58,538 bases of DNA from a virus (Duplodnaviria; Caudoviricetes): positions 1-58,538 of the IMG/VR virus record IMGVR_UViG_3300038463_000101; one strand, given 5' to 3'. The notes beneath the pieces were generated by a model. It saw only the letters and a program-made list of their open reading frames with translations. It was not told the origin of the DNA and did no database searches. Shown one piece after another: positions 28,418 to 37,365 of the stretch. The translations under genes were made by a program, and so were the position numbers. Position 1 is the first letter of the stretch, and each line of letters opens with the position of its first letter.

Positions 28418-28795
28418 ATGGGCCGTCAATCAATTCCTTACGATCCGTACCCCGGACCTGGTGTAGTCGCCGTGAAGCTCGAATGGGCCGGCGACCACTT
28501 CGGCCCCGGCACCGCTGGCAATACCGGAGCCAACTACAACCAGAACGGCTACACACTCACCGCCGCGTCTCTTGGCATGTCGGGCTTCGAGCGGGTCGAT
28601 TTGGGGTATTCGTTATCGCAAAATTACTACGCACGCGCCTACTACCCGGCGAACAGCAGCAACGCCAGCGAGACACGCGCCTCGACTGCGGCCAATGTGA
28701 CGGTGACTTGGTATTACGCCGCGAACTCGGTCCAGGTGGCGAACAACACGGACTTGAGCGGCGAGTGCGTGAAGATGTATGCGCTAGGAATCTGA
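28418..28795 (+). CDS. virion/decoration paralog 3
   Basis: See paralog 1. Confidence 0.7.
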   Translation: MGRQSIPYDPYPGPGVVAVKLEWAGDHFGPGTAGNTGANYNQNGYTLTAASLGMSGFERVDLGYSLSQNYYARAYYPANSSNASETRASTAANVTVTWYYAANSVQVANNTDLSGECVKMYALGI

Positions 28796-28881
28796 TTCTG
28801 CCGCCTGCGGAAGCGGTTAGTTAAGCGGCGTCGGGCCGTCGCGAGTCAGAAAAGCCCGGTTGAGAGTGCTCCAACCCTAAC

Positions 28882-28918
28882 GGGCCGTCTTTCCTACCAG
28901 AGACGGCCCTTGTTTTTG
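28882..28918 (+). terminator. intrinsic terminator preceded by structured RNA (28791-28885)
   Basis: GGGCCGTCT/AGACGGCCC followed by TTGTTTTT. Confidence 0.7.
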
Positions 28919-28930
28919 CGATACTGAAGC

Positions 28931-29929
28931 ATGGCGTTTTTGGACATGTATCAAGAAATAACCGGCTTGATACCGAAAATGTCAGTGGATTACGCCATGA
29001 CGCTCGTGAATAGGGCATGGCGCGACATCCGGCGTCAAAATCTTTGGTCATTCCAACTCTTCGACGCCAATTGGGTGAGCCCGAATCTCATTTCAGGCGT
29101 AGGCACCTGCACCACCGTTCAAGGATCGAATCAGGTAGTTTTCAATTCGACGGCCGCCGCCGCGCTGAACGCCATTTACCCCGGAGGGCCACTACCGAAC
29201 GGCTTGCTTTCCAGGCAATTCCGCGTTGGCATCTCCACCATCTACAACATTTGGGCTTGGAACAGCGGCACATTAACCATGACGCTCGACCGGCCTTTCA
29301 CCGATGTCGGCGGGAGCGGGCAGGGATTCACCATTTTCCAGTGCTATTACGCGGCCCCGTATCAAGACTTCCGGTGTTGGATCAACATTCGGGATATCGT
29401 CAATTTCAACAATCTGAACATCAACGGCACGCGCGAGCAAGTGGACAAGATGGACCCGCAGCGCACGCTTTTCTATCTGCCGACATGGTGCGTCCCGTAT
29501 CAGCAAGACATGAATCCGGCCTCGGCGACGTACACTTGGCCGATGTTCGAGTTGTGGGGGCAACCGCAATACTCGCTGGTCTACCAACTTTACGGCATCC
29601 GGCGCGGAGTGCCGCTCGTAAACGATACGGACACGCTGCCGCCACCCATCGGAGAGGACGTGGTGATTGCGCTCGCCGGTTCTTACGCCTACCGGTGGGC
29701 GGAAGGAACGAAAGGCGACATGCCGCGCAACGTGGGTGCCGACTTCAAATTCCTCATCGGCTCAACGATGGCGGAATACAAGAGGCTTTATAGGGACTAT
29801 CGGCTGCAGGACCGAGAGCTTGTCGATAACTGGTACAACGTTTATAATCGACCGCAGGTGTTCACAAATTTATGGGGTTACTACAACTCGATCGGAATGA
29901 CTGCTAATCCAGGCGCGGCCTGGGATTGA
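28931..29929 (+). CDS. putative head-tail adaptor protein
   Basis: LVNRAWRDIR...WSF N-terminus, inserted beta-rich domain, FELWGQP; podophage adaptor-like. Confidence 0.6.
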   Translation: MAFLDMYQEITGLIPKMSVDYAMTLVNRAWRDIRRQNLWSFQLFDANWVSPNLISGVGTCTTVQGSNQVVFNSTAAAALNAIYPGGPLPNGLLSRQFRVGISTIYNIWAWNSGTLTMTLDRPFTDVGGSGQGFTIFQCYYAAPYQDFRCWINIRDIVNFNNLNINGTREQVDKMDPQRTLFYLPTWCVPYQQDMNPASATYTWPMFELWGQPQYSLVYQLYGIRRGVPLVNDTDTLPPPIGEDVVIALAGSYAYRWAEGTKGDMPRNVGADFKFLIGSTMAEYKRLYRDYRLQDRELVDNWYNVYNRPQVFTNLWGYYNSIGMTANPGAAWD

Positions 29930-30261
29930 CCGAGTATAAAACAGTGGAACTCATACCACCACCTCCCGACGACGGGCGCGGCGCCATCGCGCATTGGATC
30001 GACTATCTCTTCGGCAACCACTGGCGGCAACGCCTGCGGAGCGCGTTTGGATACGGCCAAGCGGCCTGTGGCCTACTCTCCGGCAGTTCTATTCTCTCCT
30101 CGCAAATCCACGCTCTGGGCATTCCGTGGCTCGACCATAACTGGCCGAAAATAACCGGAATCAGTTTGGTCCTGACGGGTCTAATGAGCGGGGTTTACAT
30201 GCGCATGTCGCTACCGCATCAAGGAAATGGTACTACGGAAGGAACTAGTACTAAGGTTTGA
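29926..30261 (+). CDS. membrane protein (holin candidate)
   Basis: Two hydrophobic segments. Confidence 0.5.
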   Translation: MTEYKTVELIPPPPDDGRGAIAHWIDYLFGNHWRQRLRSAFGYGQAACGLLSGSSILSSQIHALGIPWLDHNWPKITGISLVLTGLMSGVYMRMSLPHQGNGTTEGTSTKV

Positions 30262-30286
30262 CGTATGGTGATAAAGTTAACTCAGT

Positions 30287-30526
30287 ATGCCTCAACCACA
30301 AGAAAGGCTGGCCGCTTTGGAAGCATGGTGTAAGGCATTCGATCAAAAGCTAGACGACCGGCACGAGGAAAACGCCAAAAAGCTCGACGGCATTTTGGAA
30401 GAAGCCAAGAAAACAAACGGTCGCGTGCTGAAGCTCGAAACATGGAAAAGTCGTATCGAGGGCGGCTGGTGGGTCATTGCCCTTATCGCCGGCGTTGTCG
30501 GCTGGCTGCTCCACGGCAAAGCTTAA
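30287..30526 (+). CDS. coiled-coil + C-terminal TM protein (XhlA/holin-like)
   Basis: KKTNGRVLKLE.W then GGWWVIALIAGVVGWLL. Confidence 0.6.
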   Translation: MPQPQERLAALEAWCKAFDQKLDDRHEENAKKLDGILEEAKKTNGRVLKLETWKSRIEGGWWVIALIAGVVGWLLHGKA

Positions 30527-30546
30527 TTCGCTACAATCAACCATGT

Positions 30547-30596
30547 AAGGGATTCTTAGCGAACCCGGCTTGCTTGCGCGGGTGAACACAAGCCCC
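30547..30596 (+). ncRNA. structured RNA leader motif copy B
   Basis: AAGGGATTCTTA-GCGAACCC-(13 nt)-GGGTGAACACAAGCCCC; TACAAT -10 at 30532. Confidence 0.6.
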
Positions 30597-30607
30597 TGTC
30601 TCGATTT

Positions 30608-30781
30608 ATGAAAGACAGGGCAAAAGACCGCAGAATCCTCGAAAGCGTGGGGAAAGAGCTTCGCGATAATCCACCGCGCCAGCTCGCCAAAACCGCTAAG
30701 AAATCCGGCAAGAAACGCGCCAATAAACAGCGTGTCGCCATTCTGCTTTCCAAAGCTCGGTCCAAAGGGGCCAGCGTGTGA
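30608..30781 (+). CDS. small basic protein (57 aa)
   Basis: Hand translation MKDRAKDRR...KQRVAILLSKARSKGASV; GTGA overlap with next gene. Confidence 0.65.
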   Translation: MKDRAKDRRILESVGKELRDNPPRQLAKTAKKSGKKRANKQRVAILLSKARSKGASV

Positions 30782-31530
30782 GGTACATTCTTGCGACGGC
30801 GCTTTTGCTTATCCTCGGCGGAGTGTGGGTTGCAGGGCAGCGGGTGGCTCCCCCTAACCGTGGCGGGGCCAGCTTCAGCCTGACCACATCCGGCACGTCC
30901 GGGGCATCAACGTATGTGGGCGGAGTGCTCAACATCCCGGTTTATGCAGGCACCACGTACACCGGCACGCCGCCCATTGTCATCTCCGGTAGCGCCATCA
31001 GCGTGAGCAACGCCACCAGTTCCACCGTTGGCGTCATCAAACCAGACAACTCGACGTGCTCCGTCTCCGCTGGCGTCCTGACGTGCGTGGGAAGTTCCGG
31101 GTTGTCGGTCGGACCTTCCGGCGCCTTGAGCATCGTGGCTGGCGTAATCGACGGCGTAAGCTCCGTTATCGCGTATCTGGCGAACGCAAATCCGTGGACG
31201 GGCAAGAATACGTTCCAGCAGGGGATTTTCACGTATGGGGCGCCAACTGGGCTGACTGGTTTCGGCACTTCACCATCAATCAGTTCGGCAAGCGGCCCCG
31301 GCGGTGGAAGGATCACGGTGGGAACCGGCAATACTGCGACGACGGGCTCCGTTACGTGGGCCATCTCGCCATCGGTCGCTCCTGCTTGCACAGCCAATGA
31401 TGAAACCACGATCTTGCTAGTCCAGGCGGCTGCGACAACGAGCGGGTTAACCCTCACATCGGCCTCGCACTGGACGGCTGGCGACACCCTAACCTACACA
31501 TGCACCGGACTGTCCACAACACTGCCATGA
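30778..31530 (+). CDS. signal-peptide-bearing tail fibre-like protein
   Basis: MRYILATALLLILGGVWVAG-Q; LTTSGTSGAST...LNIPVY and ANPWTGKNTF fibre motifs. Confidence 0.7.
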   Translation: MRYILATALLLILGGVWVAGQRVAPPNRGGASFSLTTSGTSGASTYVGGVLNIPVYAGTTYTGTPPIVISGSAISVSNATSSTVGVIKPDNSTCSVSAGVLTCVGSSGLSVGPSGALSIVAGVIDGVSSVIAYLANANPWTGKNTFQQGIFTYGAPTGLTGFGTSPSISSASGPGGGRITVGTGNTATTGSVTWAISPSVAPACTANDETTILLVQAAATTSGLTLTSASHWTAGDTLTYTCTGLSTTLP

Positions 31531-34100
31531 GATTCCTGATTATCCTCGCCTTTCTTTCCTTGCCCGCATTCGGCCAGATAATAAACCCCATCGGCAAAGG
31601 CGGCTGCTTGACCGGCAGCGTCACCGCCGGTAACATCCTCACTGCCTCCGGCTCCGGCGGGTGCGCGGATGGAGGGGTGAATGTTGCGGCGATTGTGCTC
31701 GCGGCGGGAAACAACACCCTCTCCGGCGCGAACAGCGTCACCGGATCGATTGGGCCGAGCGGGAGCGGTACGGTACAAGCTAACCAAATCAACGCTAATG
31801 GCTCTACGTCACGCAATTTCACCACGATTAACGGAAAAGCGACTTTGACAGACTTCCCAAGCGTCAAAGATTACGGCGCAGTGGCGGATCGAGTGGACTT
31901 GGCTGATGCGGGAATGACGGCTAGCAGCGCATTGCTGAGTACGGCCCACACGTTTACACAAGCCGATGTTGGCAAGGTCATCATAGTTGGCGGGGCCGGG
32001 GCGGTTGGATACCCAAACAATCTCATAACCACCATCGCGTCCGTCAACGGTGGGAGTGGAACAGGAGCGGCTACACTGGCGTCAGTTGCGGCCAATACGG
32101 TGAGCGGCGCGGTCGCTAACTTCGGCACAGAAAACGTCACTGCTTTCGCGAGCGCCGTAGCTGCTGCTAATGGGTCAGGCTTATATATCCCCGGGGGGAA
32201 TTACCTGTTAAGCAACGTCGCATCCTCGGCAATATTCCTGGGGTTTCCGTCCAGTTGGTCGGGCACGGTCCAATTTGGGACCGGAGCAAATCTAATGTGT
32301 GAAAGTATCTCCGCTTTCCCATGCTTCAATATTCAGTCCTCTTCTAATATCACGGTAGTAAATCCAACCATCTCTTTTGCCGGGACTGTCGGTGGCCCCA
32401 AAACCTCTGGTTACAACTCAGTCGGATTCCAGGTCGGCTCAGCAACCAATGTGGTTGTGAATAACCCGACGATCAGCAATGGCGGAAGCGCGTGTTTCTC
32501 GGAAGTGAACAATATTAATTTACAGGTGTCCAACCTAACGATAAATCGCTGCAATTCGAACGGCTTCTACTCGTCCAATTCGCAGGACACCATACTCGTC
32601 GGAGAGAACGCGCAGGGCTGCGGCGACTACTGCTTGGAAATTGACAACAAGTCTGGGGCGGGGACGACCAATACCGGTTTTACCGCGACTGGAATCCACG
32701 CCAATAAATCCTTTGGCGGATTACTTATAGACTCAAAGCAAAAGGCTTCCATCTCTGACATCGAGATAACCAACACATGCGACGGAGGTATTAAGGTTTT
32801 ATCCTCATTTGAAAACCCACTCGGCATAAACATTGGTAAATTCCATGTGGACGGGGCGGGGCAGTATTGGATTTCGGATTGGAATGTAGCGGGCGGCTGC
32901 GCGTCAACCGGACATGGGGCGGGAATAGGAATGACTGGCGCGACCTCGGCCCATCCGACAAGCGGCGATTTGGTGCTGGCTGGTGGCTACGTTAATAACA
33001 CAAACGGCAGTGTGTTTGGTGTTAATAACTGGTACTCCGCTACAGTGGCCGATGTTTCGTTTGACACCGGGATTGGCCCGATCATCTTGACCGGAAACAC
33101 TAATTTATTTCTGAATACGTTGAGTATGCGAACGATGAACTACGGCATCGTTTCGGACAACAACACCAACATTCAAGGCTCCCTCTTAACTCTTAAAAAT
33201 ATGTGCACATCTACCACGAATTGCGCCAGCGGCGGGTATGCTCTCGATCTTGGAAAGGTGACTGGAAACAATAAATTCAACCTATACGGGATTACGGTGG
33301 ATGACAGCCAGGGAACTCCGACAGGTTACAAGGTTCGCACCCAAAACACAGTCAGCACTTCGACGATAAATAATATACAAGGACTGATTACAAGTGGCAC
33401 ACTCAGTACCACATTGGACGCTAACACTGTGCTTGACGCTCTCTCTCTTGGGCAAGCCGCCCCGTCTAGTTCGACCCCCACCCTCGACCAGATCCTTAGT
33501 CCAGTTGCTAGCCATTCGGTGAGTCTTACCAGTTTTCCTTGGACACTCGGAGCTACTTTGTTTAACACGAGTGGCCAACTTGTCAACACCACGACAAGTG
33601 GAGGATGCACGACCCCGGCGTACTCTTGGAGTGGCGCGACGAATAGCGGCATAGGCTTCTCTAGTGGATTGACTCGTTTTTGCTCAAGTGGTAATAACGG
33701 GTTCTCTGTGGCGGCGACAGGTGCGCTGTTCGCGAATACCAATGGACTAGTAGATCAAAATGGGAATATGGCCTTGGCGATCTTTGCAGTATCCTCTGCG
33801 GTCAACCACTTTGAGGTTTTAGATCAAGCGACAGGAGCCGCTCCCGAATTGGCGGCGGTGGGAAGTGATACCAATATCAACATAAATCTAACACCCAAAG
33901 GCAACGGCAACGCTTATATCACAACAGGTATGATTCTCAACTACAGCAACGCCTCCCAGCCAACGTGCTCGGCTACGGCTGGGCCAGGAAGTACCTCTAC
34001 CGAGGGTTTGCAGTGGTACACCAAAGGGTCTGGAGTGGCAAACGGCGTTTACCAAATTTGTCAAAACCAGAGCGGCACTTATACATGGGTGACTCACTAG
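31527..34100 (+). CDS. signal-peptide-bearing tailspike with right-handed beta-helix (pectate-lyase-like)
   Basis: MRFLIILAFLSLPAFG-Q; SVKDYGAVAD...LYIPGGNY; GSDTNININLTPKGNG. Confidence 0.8.
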   Translation: MRFLIILAFLSLPAFGQIINPIGKGGCLTGSVTAGNILTASGSGGCADGGVNVAAIVLAAGNNTLSGANSVTGSIGPSGSGTVQANQINANGSTSRNFTTINGKATLTDFPSVKDYGAVADRVDLADAGMTASSALLSTAHTFTQADVGKVIIVGGAGAVGYPNNLITTIASVNGGSGTGAATLASVAANTVSGAVANFGTENVTAFASAVAAANGSGLYIPGGNYLLSNVASSAIFLGFPSSWSGTVQFGTGANLMCESISAFPCFNIQSSSNITVVNPTISFAGTVGGPKTSGYNSVGFQVGSATNVVVNNPTISNGGSACFSEVNNINLQVSNLTINRCNSNGFYSSNSQDTILVGENAQGCGDYCLEIDNKSGAGTTNTGFTATGIHANKSFGGLLIDSKQKASISDIEITNTCDGGIKVLSSFENPLGINIGKFHVDGAGQYWISDWNVAGGCASTGHGAGIGMTGATSAHPTSGDLVLAGGYVNNTNGSVFGVNNWYSATVADVSFDTGIGPIILTGNTNLFLNTLSMRTMNYGIVSDNNTNIQGSLLTLKNMCTSTTNCASGGYALDLGKVTGNNKFNLYGITVDDSQGTPTGYKVRTQNTVSTSTINNIQGLITSGTLSTTLDANTVLDALSLGQAAPSSSTPTLDQILSPVASHSVSLTSFPWTLGATLFNTSGQLVNTTTSGGCTTPAYSWSGATNSGIGFSSGLTRFCSSGNNGFSVAATGALFANTNGLVDQNGNMALAIFAVSSAVNHFEVLDQATGAAPELAAVGSDTNININLTPKGNGNAYITTGMILNYSNASQPTCSATAGPGSTSTEGLQWYTKGSGVANGVYQICQNQSGTYTWVTH

Positions 34101-34102
34101 CT

Positions 34103-37100
34103 ATGCGCTTCTTCATCCTCGCCCTCGCCGCGTCCTGCTACGGGCAGACGTGCACGCCGATCAACGTATCGGCCCAGATCCACCAAGGATCAACTTTTCA
34201 ACCGGCCATTGTAAACGGAATTGACAACGTTGGTTATTCCTCTGTGCGCTTTCAGTGGACCTCGGACGCATTAACGAATCCGGTTTACTATCAGCGGATC
34301 GTCTATACTACCGCCGCTCAGTACGCCATCAATGGCAACGTGATCGTAACCGGAACGCCAGGAACAAATTACTGGATCTGGCAGTTCGGCGGCTCGACAG
34401 TCACCGCAAACAACACCATCCAGGGCGCGAACGTCTCTAACCTAGCGGCCAGCACTCACTACTACATCGCTGGCCAATCGAGCGCAAATAACTCGACATG
34501 GTGTCCCGAAGTTGACGAGAACTTCACAACCACGGCGTTTACCGGAGCAGTGCATCCGACCGCGCCAGCAACTTTTACCATCACGCGGCCAACTGTCACG
34601 CATACCGATTACACGCTTGGAACGGCCCCATGCACTGACTTGCAGACGTGCTTGAATTTGGTAGTCCCAGGCGACGGCATCGGCATCCCTCCCGGTTCAC
34701 CGGCAGTACTCACTACCGCCGCAATTCCAGCTAGAACGGCTGGCTATGCGGTGAGCCTCGCGAGTAGCATCTTCACTTCGGCGCACACGTTCACTAACAA
34801 CCAACAAATCACGATGGCGGCAAATATCAACAACTCCAACTATCCGCCTGCGCCACTGTTAACAGCCACGGTTTATAGCGTGCTGTGCAATCCAGTCGCA
34901 TCGACTTGCACCACATTCAATGTGAGCTTGGACGGCACTAATCCCGTCACAGTCACCGGCAGCGACAGCGGGGACGTTTATGCGATTCCCTATCCGATTT
35001 CTCAGGATTATGTGGTGATTCACTCTACGGCTTCAGCGTCTAACCTTCCGCCTCCCGGAGTTCGACTCGACCCAGTGGCATACGGCCCATACCTCGGAAA
35101 GATTCAACTGAGCGCGCCCTATAGTCCGGGCGGCAATTTGATGAACTTATCACGGATTTCGGCTTACTATTATTTTGAAAACATTGTGTTCCAGACTTTG
35201 CCGAATGCGCCGAGTGGCGAGAGTGACCCATTTCCGTACAACCAACTCGTGACGACCGGCTCGCAGACAGATCATATCGTCTTCGATCAGTGCTGGTTTC
35301 ATCCTGCCCCTCCACCGGATCGCATGGTAGCGATGATGTATCTGGAGGGGACAAATCTCGCAGTCATCAACTCCTATGCCGACAATGCCGTTCTGTGGGC
35401 AGCAGTGCGAACACCAAGCACTGCGACTACTTCCACGAGTTCGACGCTTACGATACCGGCGCACACCTACAGCTTCCCGGTATCGGGCAACACCTATTCG
35501 GCCTGCACCTTGGCATCTCCTGCGACTCTGACGTTTACGGGAAGTTCGACGCCCGTTTATGTGTATTGGACCTTTCCGGCCTGCGTACTCACGGCGAATA
35601 TCCAGACCGGATCTAGCGCTACGGGCAGCGCCTTTAGTATTGTAACTACCGCTTCCCCAGCCTTCCCACTCTCGGCTTCCGCCGCGCCCGATGGAATCCA
35701 CGATAAGATATCTCTCGAAATCGCTTATGGGACGGGCGGCGGCGGGTCAGTAAGTGTTGCCGATGCTAGCCAACTTGGACTCGGTACTGGTTGTTGCGTA
35801 AACCCGAATCGATTCTCTACCGAGTGGAACGCTGGATACCAGCTTGGTCTAAACTCTCCCGGCCCAACGATCATCACAAACAATCGATTAGGTGGGCAGG
35901 AAATTGTGGTGTTCAAGGACGAGTGGCTGAATAATACAATCCTAAGCAACACCAACAATCTTACGTTGCAGCGGAACACGATTGTGCAGGAGCCATACCT
36001 GCAACCGTATCAAGCGAACTATAGCGGATCTGCATGGGTAGGCCGCAACATGGTCGAGTTTAAGTTTGGCCGATACACCCTAGTAGATGGAAACATCGTA
36101 GGTCCGGGGAACGGTGGCGTTGCACCTGGAGATTGCATACTGTTTGAGAATTTCTTTGCGAATCAGAATGCCGGTGCGCCATCTACCGTCAACATACAGG
36201 ACGGCAGCGACACCGAAGTTTCCAACAATACTTGCATCAATACGCCTGGAGATTTTGAAGTTTCCGGTGATAGTTCGCTGGTAGCCATCAACCCAACCAA
36301 TACGAGAAGGCGAACTTGGGTGCATAACAACCTATTCAATCAAACTAACGGATACTCTTTCGCTCCCGATCCAACGGCGCGGAATCCCGATGGACGTGGA
36401 GCCTTCATATCTCTGGTCGAATCCACTATCTTCGATCACAACACGTATTACGAGACGGGTGGGGCCAGCGCTACGGGCGGTCCATCGTGGCAGTTTCACT
36501 TGAGCGGTGGCAATCTGATTGCCAACAATATCTTTAACTACAATGCCGACCAAGCCTATACGCCATTTTTAATCTATGGCAATTCGGAGAGCAGTACGAT
36601 GGACCCAGCGAACAACACGCTCGGCTCCGCTCTCTTGGCGTACCTGAACGAAACCACCTGGGCTAACAACGTATCGCTTTGCCAGTGGAGCAACAGCAAC
36701 CCTGCAAGCTATGCCGAAATCTCAAGCGCAACTTGCGTCACGGATGCCAGTGCGTATCCTGGTACGGTGTTTTGGCCGACAGGATCGACGCTGGCGAACC
36801 GAGTAGCCGCGATTCATTGGTACGTTCCTGGAACCGACTTCCATCTTAACTACCAGTCTCCATACATCAGCGGAGGGTCTAATCGGGGAAGTGATGGCAA
36901 AGATATCGGCGTAGACTATAACGCCCTCAATGCCGCACAAGGAGCAGTTCAAAATGTTCACATGGCCGGATCAACCCTAGTGTGGTTTGCGGCCCCTAAC
37001 GACTCGGCTGGGTGTAGCGTCGATTACGCAACCACCAACGGGTTCATCACCGGCTCGGCGGCAAGGTCTACCGCAACGACGGTCAGCGCGACTGTGGGGG

Positions 37101-37198
37101 CGCTCGGCGCTTACGGCTCGGTCCAGACGGCGACGCTATCAGGGCATGGGTATTATCGCATTAACTGCCAAGTGATGCAGCCTACGGGGACGTTTTGA
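34103..37198 (+). CDS. signal-peptide-bearing large beta-helix/FN3 protein
   Basis: MRFFILALAASCYG-Q; NLAASTHYY FN3-like; HIVFDQCWFH, EFKFGR..LVDGN, FDHNT, SDGKDIG. Confidence 0.75.
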   Translation: MRFFILALAASCYGQTCTPINVSAQIHQGSTFQPAIVNGIDNVGYSSVRFQWTSDALTNPVYYQRIVYTTAAQYAINGNVIVTGTPGTNYWIWQFGGSTVTANNTIQGANVSNLAASTHYYIAGQSSANNSTWCPEVDENFTTTAFTGAVHPTAPATFTITRPTVTHTDYTLGTAPCTDLQTCLNLVVPGDGIGIPPGSPAVLTTAAIPARTAGYAVSLASSIFTSAHTFTNNQQITMAANINNSNYPPAPLLTATVYSVLCNPVASTCTTFNVSLDGTNPVTVTGSDSGDVYAIPYPISQDYVVIHSTASASNLPPPGVRLDPVAYGPYLGKIQLSAPYSPGGNLMNLSRISAYYYFENIVFQTLPNAPSGESDPFPYNQLVTTGSQTDHIVFDQCWFHPAPPPDRMVAMMYLEGTNLAVINSYADNAVLWAAVRTPSTATTSTSSTLTIPAHTYSFPVSGNTYSACTLASPATLTFTGSSTPVYVYWTFPACVLTANIQTGSSATGSAFSIVTTASPAFPLSASAAPDGIHDKISLEIAYGTGGGGSVSVADASQLGLGTGCCVNPNRFSTEWNAGYQLGLNSPGPTIITNNRLGGQEIVVFKDEWLNNTILSNTNNLTLQRNTIVQEPYLQPYQANYSGSAWVGRNMVEFKFGRYTLVDGNIVGPGNGGVAPGDCILFENFFANQNAGAPSTVNIQDGSDTEVSNNTCINTPGDFEVSGDSSLVAINPTNTRRRTWVHNNLFNQTNGYSFAPDPTARNPDGRGAFISLVESTIFDHNTYYETGGASATGGPSWQFHLSGGNLIANNIFNYNADQAYTPFLIYGNSESSTMDPANNTLGSALLAYLNETTWANNVSLCQWSNSNPASYAEISSATCVTDASAYPGTVFWPTGSTLANRVAAIHWYVPGTDFHLNYQSPYISGGSNRGSDGKDIGVDYNALNAAQGAVQNVHMAGSTLVWFAAPNDSAGCSVDYATTNGFITGSAARSTATTVSATVGALGAYGSVQTATLSGHGYYRINCQVMQPTGTF

Positions 37199-37365
37199 TG
37201 GCCTGGTCAAATGGTGAGCGGCTGATAGTACGCCAGTCAAAACTCCGCGAGAAGTGCAAGAGCGGCGACGTTTCCACGAGAAACAATCGAAGCCGATCAC
37301 TTCAGCGATGGAATGCCGCCGTTCCGAAAGCGGCGAAGCAAGTGCATACCGCATTAAACTAGAAA

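Noticed and set aside
28791-28860. Hammerhead ribozyme (CUGA...GAAA)
   Set aside because: Lacks the CUGAnGA core and the stem arrangement does not fit
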